This document shows, one piece after another, positions 56,676-64,000 of a stretch of 64,000 nucleotides of DNA; positions within the stretch are counted from its first letter, which is position 1; the number at the start of each line of letters is the position of its first letter. The notes beneath the pieces were generated by a model. It ran no database searches. It was given only the letters and a program-made list of their open reading frames with translations, and was not told the origin of the DNA. Both the position numbers and the translations under genes were made by a program. Source of the stretch: a virus (lineage: Duplodnaviria; Caudoviricetes); IMG/VR virus record IMGVR_UViG_3300028591_000175, positions 1-64,000 of that record. The stretch is one strand, 5' to 3'.

Positions 56676-57065
56676 TTATATTACCTCCTTTTTAGTTATT
56701 GATATAGTATCGTGTAATCTTGTAAAGTCTCCGTCTTCGTATGTCTCGAAAGAAGCGGTCCCTGCTTCCTCATCAATCTGTTCACTTTCGGATATTTGAT
56801 CCTCACTGATCCACTCCCTGATGTCTGACCTGGCAACTCTGACCAGATTTTTATAACTGTTCAGTGCGTCCCCGAAGCTGGCGTATACTTCTGTGTGATG
56901 AGTAAATTCATAATCCCAACTACCTTCTTCCTGGATTACATATACGAATTCAGGATTAAGCTCGTGAAGCACATTGTGAACAACCTTCGCTAAATGATTT
57001 TCTTTTGTGGCTAGTGCCTTTTCTACATAAGTTAATCTTTCAATATCTTTTTTTGCTATTCTCAT
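56676..57065 (-). CDS. Hypothetical protein
   Basis: 129-aa ORF with RBS. Confidence 0.65.
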   Translation of the reverse strand: MRIAKKDIERLTYVEKALATKENHLAKVVHNVLHELNPEFVYVIQEEGSWDYEFTHHTEVYASFGDALNSYKNLVRVARSDIREWISEDQISESEQIDEEAGTASFETYEDGDFTRLHDTISITKKEVI

Positions 57066-57079
57066 ATCATTACCCCCCT

Positions 57080-57490
57080 TTATATTTCTGGTATTACTCT
57101 AACACCTATACAATTCCAGTCACTGGTTGTATGGTTGTTTCTGTTTTTCTTGAAGTTATATATTCTGTCATAGTCATCTGATAACACATCTAGTGGCTCA
57201 TTCTTTGGATGAGCTGTAATGTTCACTACTGTTGCAAGGAATGATTTGATTAAAACACTGCGTTGTTGTGTTGGCTTTGGTAGACTTTCAGTGTTGTCGA
57301 AGTTTAGAATAAAATAATTGTCTTCGTCTTGGATAACTATGTACCCTTGTAATAAATCATTCCATACTGCTTGGCTAAAACTGAATATCATTTTATGTAC
57401 TACTTTTCTTTCCTCGTCTTCACATACTAGCTCGGCTAGTCCTCTCCAGCCTCTGTTCTTGTTGATTCTTATTCTTTTAATTTCTTTCAT
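57080..57490 (-). CDS. Hypothetical protein
   Basis: 136-aa ORF with AGGAG RBS. Confidence 0.65.
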   Translation of the reverse strand: MKEIKRIRINKNRGWRGLAELVCEDEERKVVHKMIFSFSQAVWNDLLQGYIVIQDEDNYFILNFDNTESLPKPTQQRSVLIKSFLATVVNITAHPKNEPLDVLSDDYDRIYNFKKNRNNHTTSDWNCIGVRVIPEI

Positions 57491-57510
57491 TTCTATCTCC
57501 TACCTTTCTA

Positions 57511-57840
57511 TTATGCTAACCCATAGATTATATCTAATAAATCTACTGGTTGCTTACTTTCTTTCTTTTCTTCTTGTTTAACTTTTCTTTGGTCTCTTAT
57601 TGGTTTCTTCATTGGCATTGCTAATTTTCTTAATTGCTCTTTAACTTCTTCGCTTACTTTTAATGTCCATTTCTCTTTAAGTGTTACTGCTCCGTCTGTT
57701 TCGTCAAACTTGTAGCCATCTGCTTCTAGTATTCTTAATAGTCCTGGTGTTATTCTTCCTAAGTTAATTTCTGCCATTGTGTCTGTGTTTTGAAGGTACA
57801 CATTTTCACTTGTACCTGTTTCTTTGTTTACTCTATACAT
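57511..57840 (-). CDS. Hypothetical protein
   Basis: 109-aa ORF. Confidence 0.65.
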   Translation of the reverse strand: MYRVNKETGTSENVYLQNTDTMAEINLGRITPGLLRILEADGYKFDETDGAVTLKEKWTLKVSEEVKEQLRKLAMPMKKPIRDQRKVKQEEKKESKQPVDLLDIIYGLA

Positions 57841-57841
57841 A

Positions 57842-59332
57842 CTAATACCCCCTTCCTGTATAGATAATTTGAATATTTGGATTTATTTTTTGTACTGCCT
57901 TTAGCCATTCTTCTGAATGTCCTACTAAAACTGTTCTCTTTAGTTGTTTGATCATATCAACTGACCAGCTTATTCTACCACCACCGTCTGTTACTCCTAT
58001 TGGACTGTATCCTAACTGTTCAGCTTTGAAGCACATCTCGATTGTACGATCACCGTCGTCTGAATAACCACTGTCTGCTGATATTTTCATAAAGTCTGCA
58101 AATGTACCTTTGAAGTAGTCGTCGTCTCTACCTTCTGGGTCGTGGCAACGTCTCATTACATTACGTGCTTCTTCATTATATGCGTAACCACTAAACCATA
58201 CTGTTGGTGTCTTTAATGCTTGTGGAATTGCTTTGCCTATAATTTCTTTGAATGTGTCCATATCTCCACCCATACTACCACTTGCATCAAAGCATAAGTA
58301 TAAACTTGCGTGTCCTTTCTTTGACCCTTTGAAGATAGTATGTTGTCCTGTCTGCATATAACTTGGTGTCTTGTAACTTCTTACTTTTGTATCTGTAACA
58401 AGTCCGTTAAGTGTCTTTGTTATTCTTGCTAGTCTTAATTTAACATTCTTTAATCTGTTGATTTCTTCTACCCACTTGTTACCTTCACTCTCTGTTATAA
58501 ACTCTTTGCTGTCTATGTCGTCAAGTTTTGACCAGTCTGTTTCGTCGTGATGTCCAGGTGCTTCAGGTTCTGGCTGTTCACTTTCAGGTTCTGTTGTAAC
58601 TTCACTCGTATCTTTACCTGTCTTTTCTCTTGGGGTGCTGTCGTGTCCCCCTTCTGCGTGTGCTTTGTCTGTACTTGGTTTCTTCTTTTTGTCTTCTTTC
58701 TTCTCGTCTTTGTCTTCCTTTGGCTCGTCTTCTTTTTTATCTTTGTCTTTTCCTTTGCCTTTGCCCTTACCTTTTGATTTGCTGTCTTCTTCTTTTTCTT
58801 CTGTTTCTTCGCTGTCGTCTCCTTCTCCTTCGCCTTCCTTCTTGTCTTCGTCTTCTCCGTGTTTGTGTCTTGCGTATTCGTCTAGCATTTCCTCTAGGGT
58901 ATAGTGTTTGAATGTGTATGATAATGAATTACGATCCCTGAATTGGGCTAGGTTGTTCACTGCTGTATCTACTAGCTCTGGAAATTTCTTGCTCATCCAG
59001 TCGTGTACTAATATGTCCATTATAATATTGACTTCGTCTTTTGTTACGTGGAATTCGTCCATTGTTTCTTCTTCGTTCAATTCTTCCAGGTATCTAAAAA
59101 ATCTGTTGTGGTGTTTCAACTCTAGGTGCATTCTTTCGTGCCACAATAACCACTTTAGCATATTGTCGTCATATGCTGGTAGTATCTTGAATAAATTGTC
59201 TTGGGTGTTTAGGAAGATACGGTCGCCGTCTGTATAGGCAACTGCTCTCCCTATGTCTGTTACATATGCTCTCTCTAGCATAATGGCTGTCTCTGTATCA
59301 TAGTGTGTACTTGATAAGAATGGATTTACCAT
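57842..59332 (-). CDS. Metallopeptidase-like plus vWA domain protein (DUF2201-like)
   Basis: AYTDG, HERMH (HExxH), charged linker, CFDASGSM MIDAS, VTDG. Confidence 0.8.
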   Translation of the reverse strand: MVNPFLSSTHYDTETAIMLERAYVTDIGRAVAYTDGDRIFLNTQDNLFKILPAYDDNMLKWLLWHERMHLELKHHNRFFRYLEELNEEETMDEFHVTKDEVNIIMDILVHDWMSKKFPELVDTAVNNLAQFRDRNSLSYTFKHYTLEEMLDEYARHKHGEDEDKKEGEGEGDDSEETEEKEEDSKSKGKGKGKGKDKDKKEDEPKEDKDEKKEDKKKKPSTDKAHAEGGHDSTPREKTGKDTSEVTTEPESEQPEPEAPGHHDETDWSKLDDIDSKEFITESEGNKWVEEINRLKNVKLRLARITKTLNGLVTDTKVRSYKTPSYMQTGQHTIFKGSKKGHASLYLCFDASGSMGGDMDTFKEIIGKAIPQALKTPTVWFSGYAYNEEARNVMRRCHDPEGRDDDYFKGTFADFMKISADSGYSDDGDRTIEMCFKAEQLGYSPIGVTDGGGRISWSVDMIKQLKRTVLVGHSEEWLKAVQKINPNIQIIYTGRGY

Positions 59333-59334
59333 AA

Positions 59335-60261
59335 TTATTTACCTCCTTTCACAATACTTGCAACTTCTTCCTCTGATAATATCTCTTTGAATTTCTCAAT
59401 TAGTTCTTCTTCTGTTGATATTGTCTCTGGCCCCCACGCTACTATTCCGTCTTCTTGAAATCTCTCATAGGCTGTTCTTACATTCTTGATTAAGTCTGCT
59501 GGGTCAATGCTTTTCATTCCTTTCTGCATATCAACTAACTTCTGTGTTAGTGCTGTGCCTAATTTAGCCCTTAATCTTAATGGATTTTTCTCAAACTGTA
59601 ACATTTTAAGTACGTGGTCCATATTTCTTGGGTTGATTTTACTGTCTTGCATTGCTTTGATATACTTGGCAACTTGTGGAATGTTTTTCCATTTCTTCTT
59701 TAAGTAGTCCATTGCGTCTTTGTCACTGTTTACTAATTGGAATACGTCAAACCTGTCTAGTAATGGTCCAGGAAGTTCGTTCAAGTAAACTGTACCGTCT
59801 GTACCGTCACTCAAGTTACCTGCTGCAACTATTTGTGCAAACTCTAGTGAATGTCCACACCATTCTCTTTGTGCTGGGTCTATATGGCAAGGTCCATATA
59901 AACAGTTCATAACCTCTGTTGGAGCTTGGTTGATTTCGTCAAAGAATAGTATATAGTTTTTACCTTTGACCTTAAACATTGGAGCTAGTGCCTCATTTAA
60001 TAATAGTGTGAAGTATTCTGTTTTCTTGTCACTGCTAACTTGTGCATATGGTACACCACCAATAAACTCTGGTATCATTGTAGCAAGTGGAAAGACTAAT
60101 AATGTTTTACCTTTATCTTCTGCAAACTTTCTAACTATTGAAGATTTACCTATACCTTTGTTACCAAAGACAAGTGTATTTTCTTCGTCTTCTAATAAAG
60201 CGTAGAAATCGCTTTGACGTATTTCTGGCACGTCAATACCGTCAATTTTCATTGTACTCAT
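59335..60261 (-). CDS. MoxR-like AAA+ ATPase
   Basis: GNKGIGKSS, ILFFDEINQA, VAAGN, PLLDRF, NPRN. Confidence 0.85.
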   Translation of the reverse strand: MSTMKIDGIDVPEIRQSDFYALLEDEENTLVFGNKGIGKSSIVRKFAEDKGKTLLVFPLATMIPEFIGGVPYAQVSSDKKTEYFTLLLNEALAPMFKVKGKNYILFFDEINQAPTEVMNCLYGPCHIDPAQREWCGHSLEFAQIVAAGNLSDGTDGTVYLNELPGPLLDRFDVFQLVNSDKDAMDYLKKKWKNIPQVAKYIKAMQDSKINPRNMDHVLKMLQFEKNPLRLRAKLGTALTQKLVDMQKGMKSIDPADLIKNVRTAYERFQEDGIVAWGPETISTEEELIEKFKEILSEEEVASIVKGGK

Positions 60262-60334
60262 ATATGTACCTACCTTTCTACACGGTATCAGTTAGATTAA
60301 AGGCTACGCCTTGTCTGATAACCGTTCACTTTCT

Positions 60335-60363
60335 ATTATACTACTTTTCCAGTAGTATGTCAA
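60335..60363 (-). promoter_or_regulatory. Consensus sigma-A promoter
   Basis: TTGACA-TACTAC...-TATAAT, followed 2 nt later by AAAGTGAACGG. Confidence 0.8.
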
Positions 60364-60443
60364 TAGTTTATCATTAGTTTTTTGTTATTGGGATATGATA
60401 GTATCTCGCCCTGGTTTCATACTATTTTTAAGGGCTTGCTTGA

Positions 60444-60716
60444 TTAGTTGCTTTCCATTTCCTTCTTGGTCATTGTTTTGAAGCCGTGTTGATATAGGAA
60501 GTCGTTGATATGTCTAGCTGTCGTTGGTGAATAATAGCCGTTCACTTTTACTGTTGGGCGACCGTCTTCTGTTGCGATCCCGTCTGTAATTTCTGCAACT
60601 ATTGTTGAATAGCTCATTAGTAAAATGTGTCCTTTGTCGTCGCGATATACATTAGCTTTTTTGTAGAATGATTTTCTGCTATCATATTGTGGTTGTAATT
60701 CGTAAAGGAATTCCAT
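60444..60716 (-). CDS. Phage hypothetical protein
   Basis: KSFYKKA...L.SY.TIVA...YS.TT.RHI. Confidence 0.7.
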   Translation of the reverse strand: MEFLYELQPQYDSRKSFYKKANVYRDDKGHILLMSYSTIVAEITDGIATEDGRPTVKVNGYYSPTTARHINDFLYQHGFKTMTKKEMESN

Positions 60717-60718
60717 TT

Positions 60719-60991
60719 TTACTCCCTCCCCTCTCTTATTATTTTATTACATAATTGTACTACTTCGTATAGGTCTGTGTCTTGGTCTAGCTCTTGGCTG
60801 ATTTTACAATGCTCTTTTATATACCCTGTTGTTAATTGATATATTCCACTGTCGTCTATGAAGGTGTATTTGCCTATTCCGTCAGTCCCTCCATATATAC
60901 TGACTTTTCTCATTGTTAAGCCTTGCCAGGTTGTTGTTACCACTAAAGGCATACCCTTTTCAAGATTATTTAATAATTTAATGGCGTCCAT
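60719..60991 (-). CDS. Hypothetical protein
   Basis: 90-aa ORF with GGAGG RBS. Confidence 0.65.
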   Translation of the reverse strand: MDAIKLLNNLEKGMPLVVTTTWQGLTMRKVSIYGGTDGIGKYTFIDDSGIYQLTTGYIKEHCKISQELDQDTDLYEVVQLCNKIIREGRE

Positions 60992-61033
60992 TTTATACCC
61001 TCCTATTCTTGGGGTAGGGGTCTAGCCCCTCCC

Positions 61034-61405
61034 CTATTTTATATTTGCGTTTTTACTTGCTGCTTTTAGTTGTGTTTTATTTAAGTTTGTGAATTTGTCA
61101 GTTATTAGCTCTCTTTTGCTTGTTGTGTAAGCTGTTGCTTGTAACTTAATTGTATGATTTACTGTTGTTTCTTTTGTTGGTGGAAATTTCTTTGCGATTT
61201 CTTCAACTGCTTTCTTATATTCATTTGAATATATTGTTTTAGTATAGTTTTGTCTTTTAATTATTAAGTCTTTGCCTTTGTTAATTTCTGCAATTTCTTC
61301 TTCTGTTAAGTTTCTAATTTCTTCCTTTGCATTTTCAATAATTTCGTTATAATATTCTACCATTGCAACTGCCATTGCAATTTCTTCAATTCTTGATTTT
61401 TCCAT
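61034..61405 (-). CDS. Hypothetical protein
   Basis: ORF with AAGGA RBS. Confidence 0.65.
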   Translation of the reverse strand: MEKSRIEEIAMAVAMVEYYNEIIENAKEEIRNLTEEEIAEINKGKDLIIKRQNYTKTIYSNEYKKAVEEIAKKFPPTKETTVNHTIKLQATAYTTSKRELITDKFTNLNKTQLKAASKNANIK

Positions 61406-61494
61406 ATTTATCAATTCCTTTCTATTTAATTTTATTTTAATTTTATGACGGCTTTCAGTAGGGTTTCAGCCGTTTTTACCTACTATTTGTCGAA

Positions 61495-61803
61495 TTAAAA
61501 TAGATAGCTTTCGATTGTTTGCTTTTGTATTGCAATACTTTCTTGATTTAATGCAATTTTCAATTCTTTTGCTATTGTTTCGACTGTTTGTTTATCTGTA
61601 AATAGTAACTCAATTATTAAAGTGTTTTCTATTACTACATTGCCGTTATTGTGTTTATAAATTCCTTTTGATTGTGTTACTGTTGCACCTTCAACATAAT
61701 TAAGTAAAATATTATTTGTTAAGTTATAAGCTGATAAAGTATCAATTTTTTGTGTTTTTGTGTCTTTATCGTTTAGACCTACATATAAAATATACTTATC
61801 CAT
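61495..61803 (-). CDS. DUF3574-like small protein
   Basis: KYILYVGLNDKDTK.Q...GAT....G.Y....LNQESI. Confidence 0.6.
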   Translation of the reverse strand: MDKYILYVGLNDKDTKTQKIDTLSAYNLTNNILLNYVEGATVTQSKGIYKHNNGNVVIENTLIIELLFTDKQTVETIAKELKIALNQESIAIQKQTIESYLF

Positions 61804-61973
61804 AATACCACACTCCTCTCTATTTAATGATTAGCCATTACCTGTTACATATACATTTCAGTAATGCAACTATACTTGTATATTCTTAATGTATATACAT
61901 ACATAACAAAAGTATTTTATGAAATGTATTTACTATAAGTAAATACGTTTTTCTTTTTGCTTTTGTTAATTCT

Positions 61974-62002
61974 ATTATACTATTTTTTTGGTAGTTTGTC
62001 AA
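61974..62002 (-). promoter_or_regulatory. Consensus sigma-A promoter at the head of the early block
   Basis: TTGACA-AACTAC...-TATAAT, 17-nt spacer. Confidence 0.8.
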
Positions 62003-62221
62003 TATCATATCATTACTTTTTTGTAATCTAGGATCAAATCCTGAAAAAGGCTTGCTTAGTATATCTCCAGACCAAGCCAGGTTGTGTGGCGACCCACAAA
62101 ACATATATCCAAATAAATCGGACAACAACCTTGTTGTCTATTTTATCACATTGTTCAACCTTAGTCAAGTGTGGTTTTCGAGCGGTTGCTCGAAAAAGTC
62201 AAGAAAGTTGTTGTACTCCAC

Positions 62222-62250
62222 TTGCAAATTTTGTTCAGTTAAGATATAAT
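62222..62250 (+). promoter_or_regulatory. Portal promoter
   Basis: TTGCAA-N17-TATAAT; -10 flanked by TTTGTTCA/TGAACAAA. Confidence 0.7.
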
Positions 62251-62282
62251 GTGAACAAATGAAGAAAGGAGATAAATTTTTT

Positions 62283-64000
62283 ATGATTAAAATATCAAAA
62301 AACATAAAAGACGAATACAATGACGGTAAATTACAAGATTTATTGTCAGAAGTCGATAAAGTCCTTTCAAAACGTGCGGAAATCAATGACCGTTATTTAA
62401 GAGGAGTAACCAGCACAGACATAGTTTCAGGCACAACAGTCCAAGTATTTTTCGAGAAATTTATCACCGACTTAGCCTCTGGTTATCTATCTGGAGAAAT
62501 TACATACAACGCAGAAATCGTAGATGAAAGTGAAGAACCAGCATATCGTCTACTTCACCCATCAAACACTTCTCCATTAGACCCAGATACAGCAGCACAG
62601 TTGAAGTTTATTATCACAACTCTATCTTCAAAAAATGATGACCCAAAAGTTTTGAAGGCATTATTCCACGACGCAGTCCTTTACGGCTGTTGCTATGAAA
62701 GACAGTTAGACCTTCAACAAACTCAAGCCGACGCTATTGCCGCAGACGACGCTCCAGACACAACAGACCCAAATTATACATATTACCCACTAAGCGCTCT
62801 AAATACCTGCGCCATCTTTCCAACAGACATAAGTGACATCAGCCAACAAAAGCCAATAGGTCTGATTACCAGATACCTATTAGATAAACGTAATAGCGAA
62901 GACAACCAAGAGCATACACTATACTATGTTATTGAATGTAATCCATACACTGGTTTTTATGGTACGTCTATATATGATAAAACAACTAACGAAGACGCAA
63001 CTTCTGAATATAAAAATGTTATCACTCTAAAAGAGGAAAAAGAGTCATCACACACCGTCCCAACATTCACAGCATACGAGCCAGACCCACAGGTCTCAAT
63101 CATCGACCCTATCATCAGCCTAATTACGTCTTACGAGCAGATTATGAACAACTTAAATAATATGTATAACTACAACGATAAAGACGCTAAGTTGAAAATA
63201 TCAGGCTATAGACCAGAAAACCCACTAACAATACCTAATCCAGCGTTTGACCCTGAGAAGCCAATTTCTGCTTCAAATCCCGACAAAATTATCAACCCAG
63301 CTAGAGAAATTGAAGATACCCACCTTGAAAACTCTAAAACATTCTTCGTACAAGAAGGTGGAGACGTAAGCTGGCTACTAAAAGAAATACACGCAGAAGA
63401 CGCTACAAAATACCTTAAATATTATGTAGATTCCATCTTCCAAATAAGCGGTATACCTAATACCAGCGACGCAGCCTTTAACTCAGGAGATATGAACGCA
63501 AGCGCAATAGATAGAAAATTCTATACTATGGCACTAATGTTAGACGACGTAAAACAGGGTGTAACTACAATGATTAAACACAGATGGGCTAACTTCTTCC
63601 AGAGAATAAATCTTATCTCGTCAAATAAATATAATATTGACGACATAACTATCACAATAGGTACAAATCTACCAAGTATGACAGACGAGACTATAAATCA
63701 ACAATTAGCATTAAACGGTATAATTTCTAATAAGACATTATTATCAAATCTTGGATATGACTACGCTACAGAGAAGAAGAACAAAGAAGAAGAAAACGAG
63801 ACATTATGGGAGACAGTTGCTCCAGATACACAATTTGTGTCACCAAATGACGTTGACAATGCTCAAGACTTATCTTCTCGAGGCAATACTAATGCAAAAA
63901 CTACAACTACAAGCACAACAGCAAATCAAACAAATAATCAAATAGAAAATCGTACAAAGCCTACAACACCAACAGTTAAAGATAAAACCGATAACATTCC
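62283..64000 (+). CDS. Portal protein (SPP1 gp6-like), truncated by the window end and absent from the ORF track
   Basis: ATG at 62283 with AAGGAG RBS; FEKFITDLASGYLSGEITY, YGCCYE, GDVSWLLKEI, IFQISGIPN, NASAIDRK. Confidence 0.85.
   Translation, partial: MIKISKNIKDEYNDGKLQDLLSEVDKVLSKRAEINDRYLRGVTSTDIVSGTTVQVFFEKFITDLASGYLSGEITYNAEIVDESEEPAYRLLHPSNTSPLDPDTAAQLKFIITTLSSKNDDPKVLKALFHDAVLYGCCYERQLDLQQTQADAIAADDAPDTTDPNYTYYPLSALNTCAIFPTDISDISQQKPIGLITRYLLDKRNSEDNQEHTLYYVIECNPYTGFYGTSIYDKTTNEDATSEYKNVITLKEEKESSHTVPTFTAYEPDPQVSIIDPIISLITSYEQIMNNLNNMYNYNDKDAKLKISGYRPENPLTIPNPAFDPEKPISASNPDKIINPAREIEDTHLENSKTFFVQEGGDVSWLLKEIHAEDATKYLKYYVDSIFQISGIPNTSDAAFNSGDMNASAIDRKFYTMALMLDDVKQGVTTMIKHRWANFFQRINLISSNKYNIDDITITIGTNLPSMTDETINQQLALNGIISNKTLLSNLGYDYATEKKNKEEENETLWETVAPDTQFVSPNDVDNAQDLSSRGNTNAKTTTTSTTANQTNNQIENRTKPTTPTVKDKTDNI

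Overview
This window is a 64-kb section of a low-GC dsDNA tailed phage (siphovirus-like). GGAGG Shine-Dalgarno sites and sigma-A-type TTGACA-N17-TATAAT promoters suggest a Bacillota/Clostridia host. No integrase, lysis cassette, CRISPR array or reverse transcriptase is visible. Layout: (+) fibre-like gene, major capsid, neck, tail tube, chaperones, 1799-aa tape measure and tail tip (1-19.3 kb). (-) Recombination, replication and accessory arm (20-44 kb) with Sak4-like ATPase, SSB, an island of 8 tRNAs plus several structured non-coding RNAs, adenine MTase, RNA ligase, SNF2 helicase and family-B DNA polymerase. (+) Exonuclease, MTase, primase-helicase, TerS, C5-MTase and TerL (44-53 kb). (-) Early-type block with RuvB-like, MoxR-like AAA and vWA genes (53-62 kb). 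(+) Portal running off the end. Strongest unusual signal: in a manual check of every CGG trinucleotide in the genes, CGG is in frame only three times. At two of these the protein appears to continue in the +1 frame exactly there, and the third is compatible, suggesting CGG-N is read as a +1 frameshift or quadruplet. Other highlights are pseudoknot-rich ncRNAs and 8/4 or permuted tRNA-like RNAs in the tRNA island, a genome-wide AAAGTGAACA motif that forms palindromes over both late promoters, and near-total avoidance of CATG, GATC and GCATC. All calls come from reading motifs by eye; no database searches were run.
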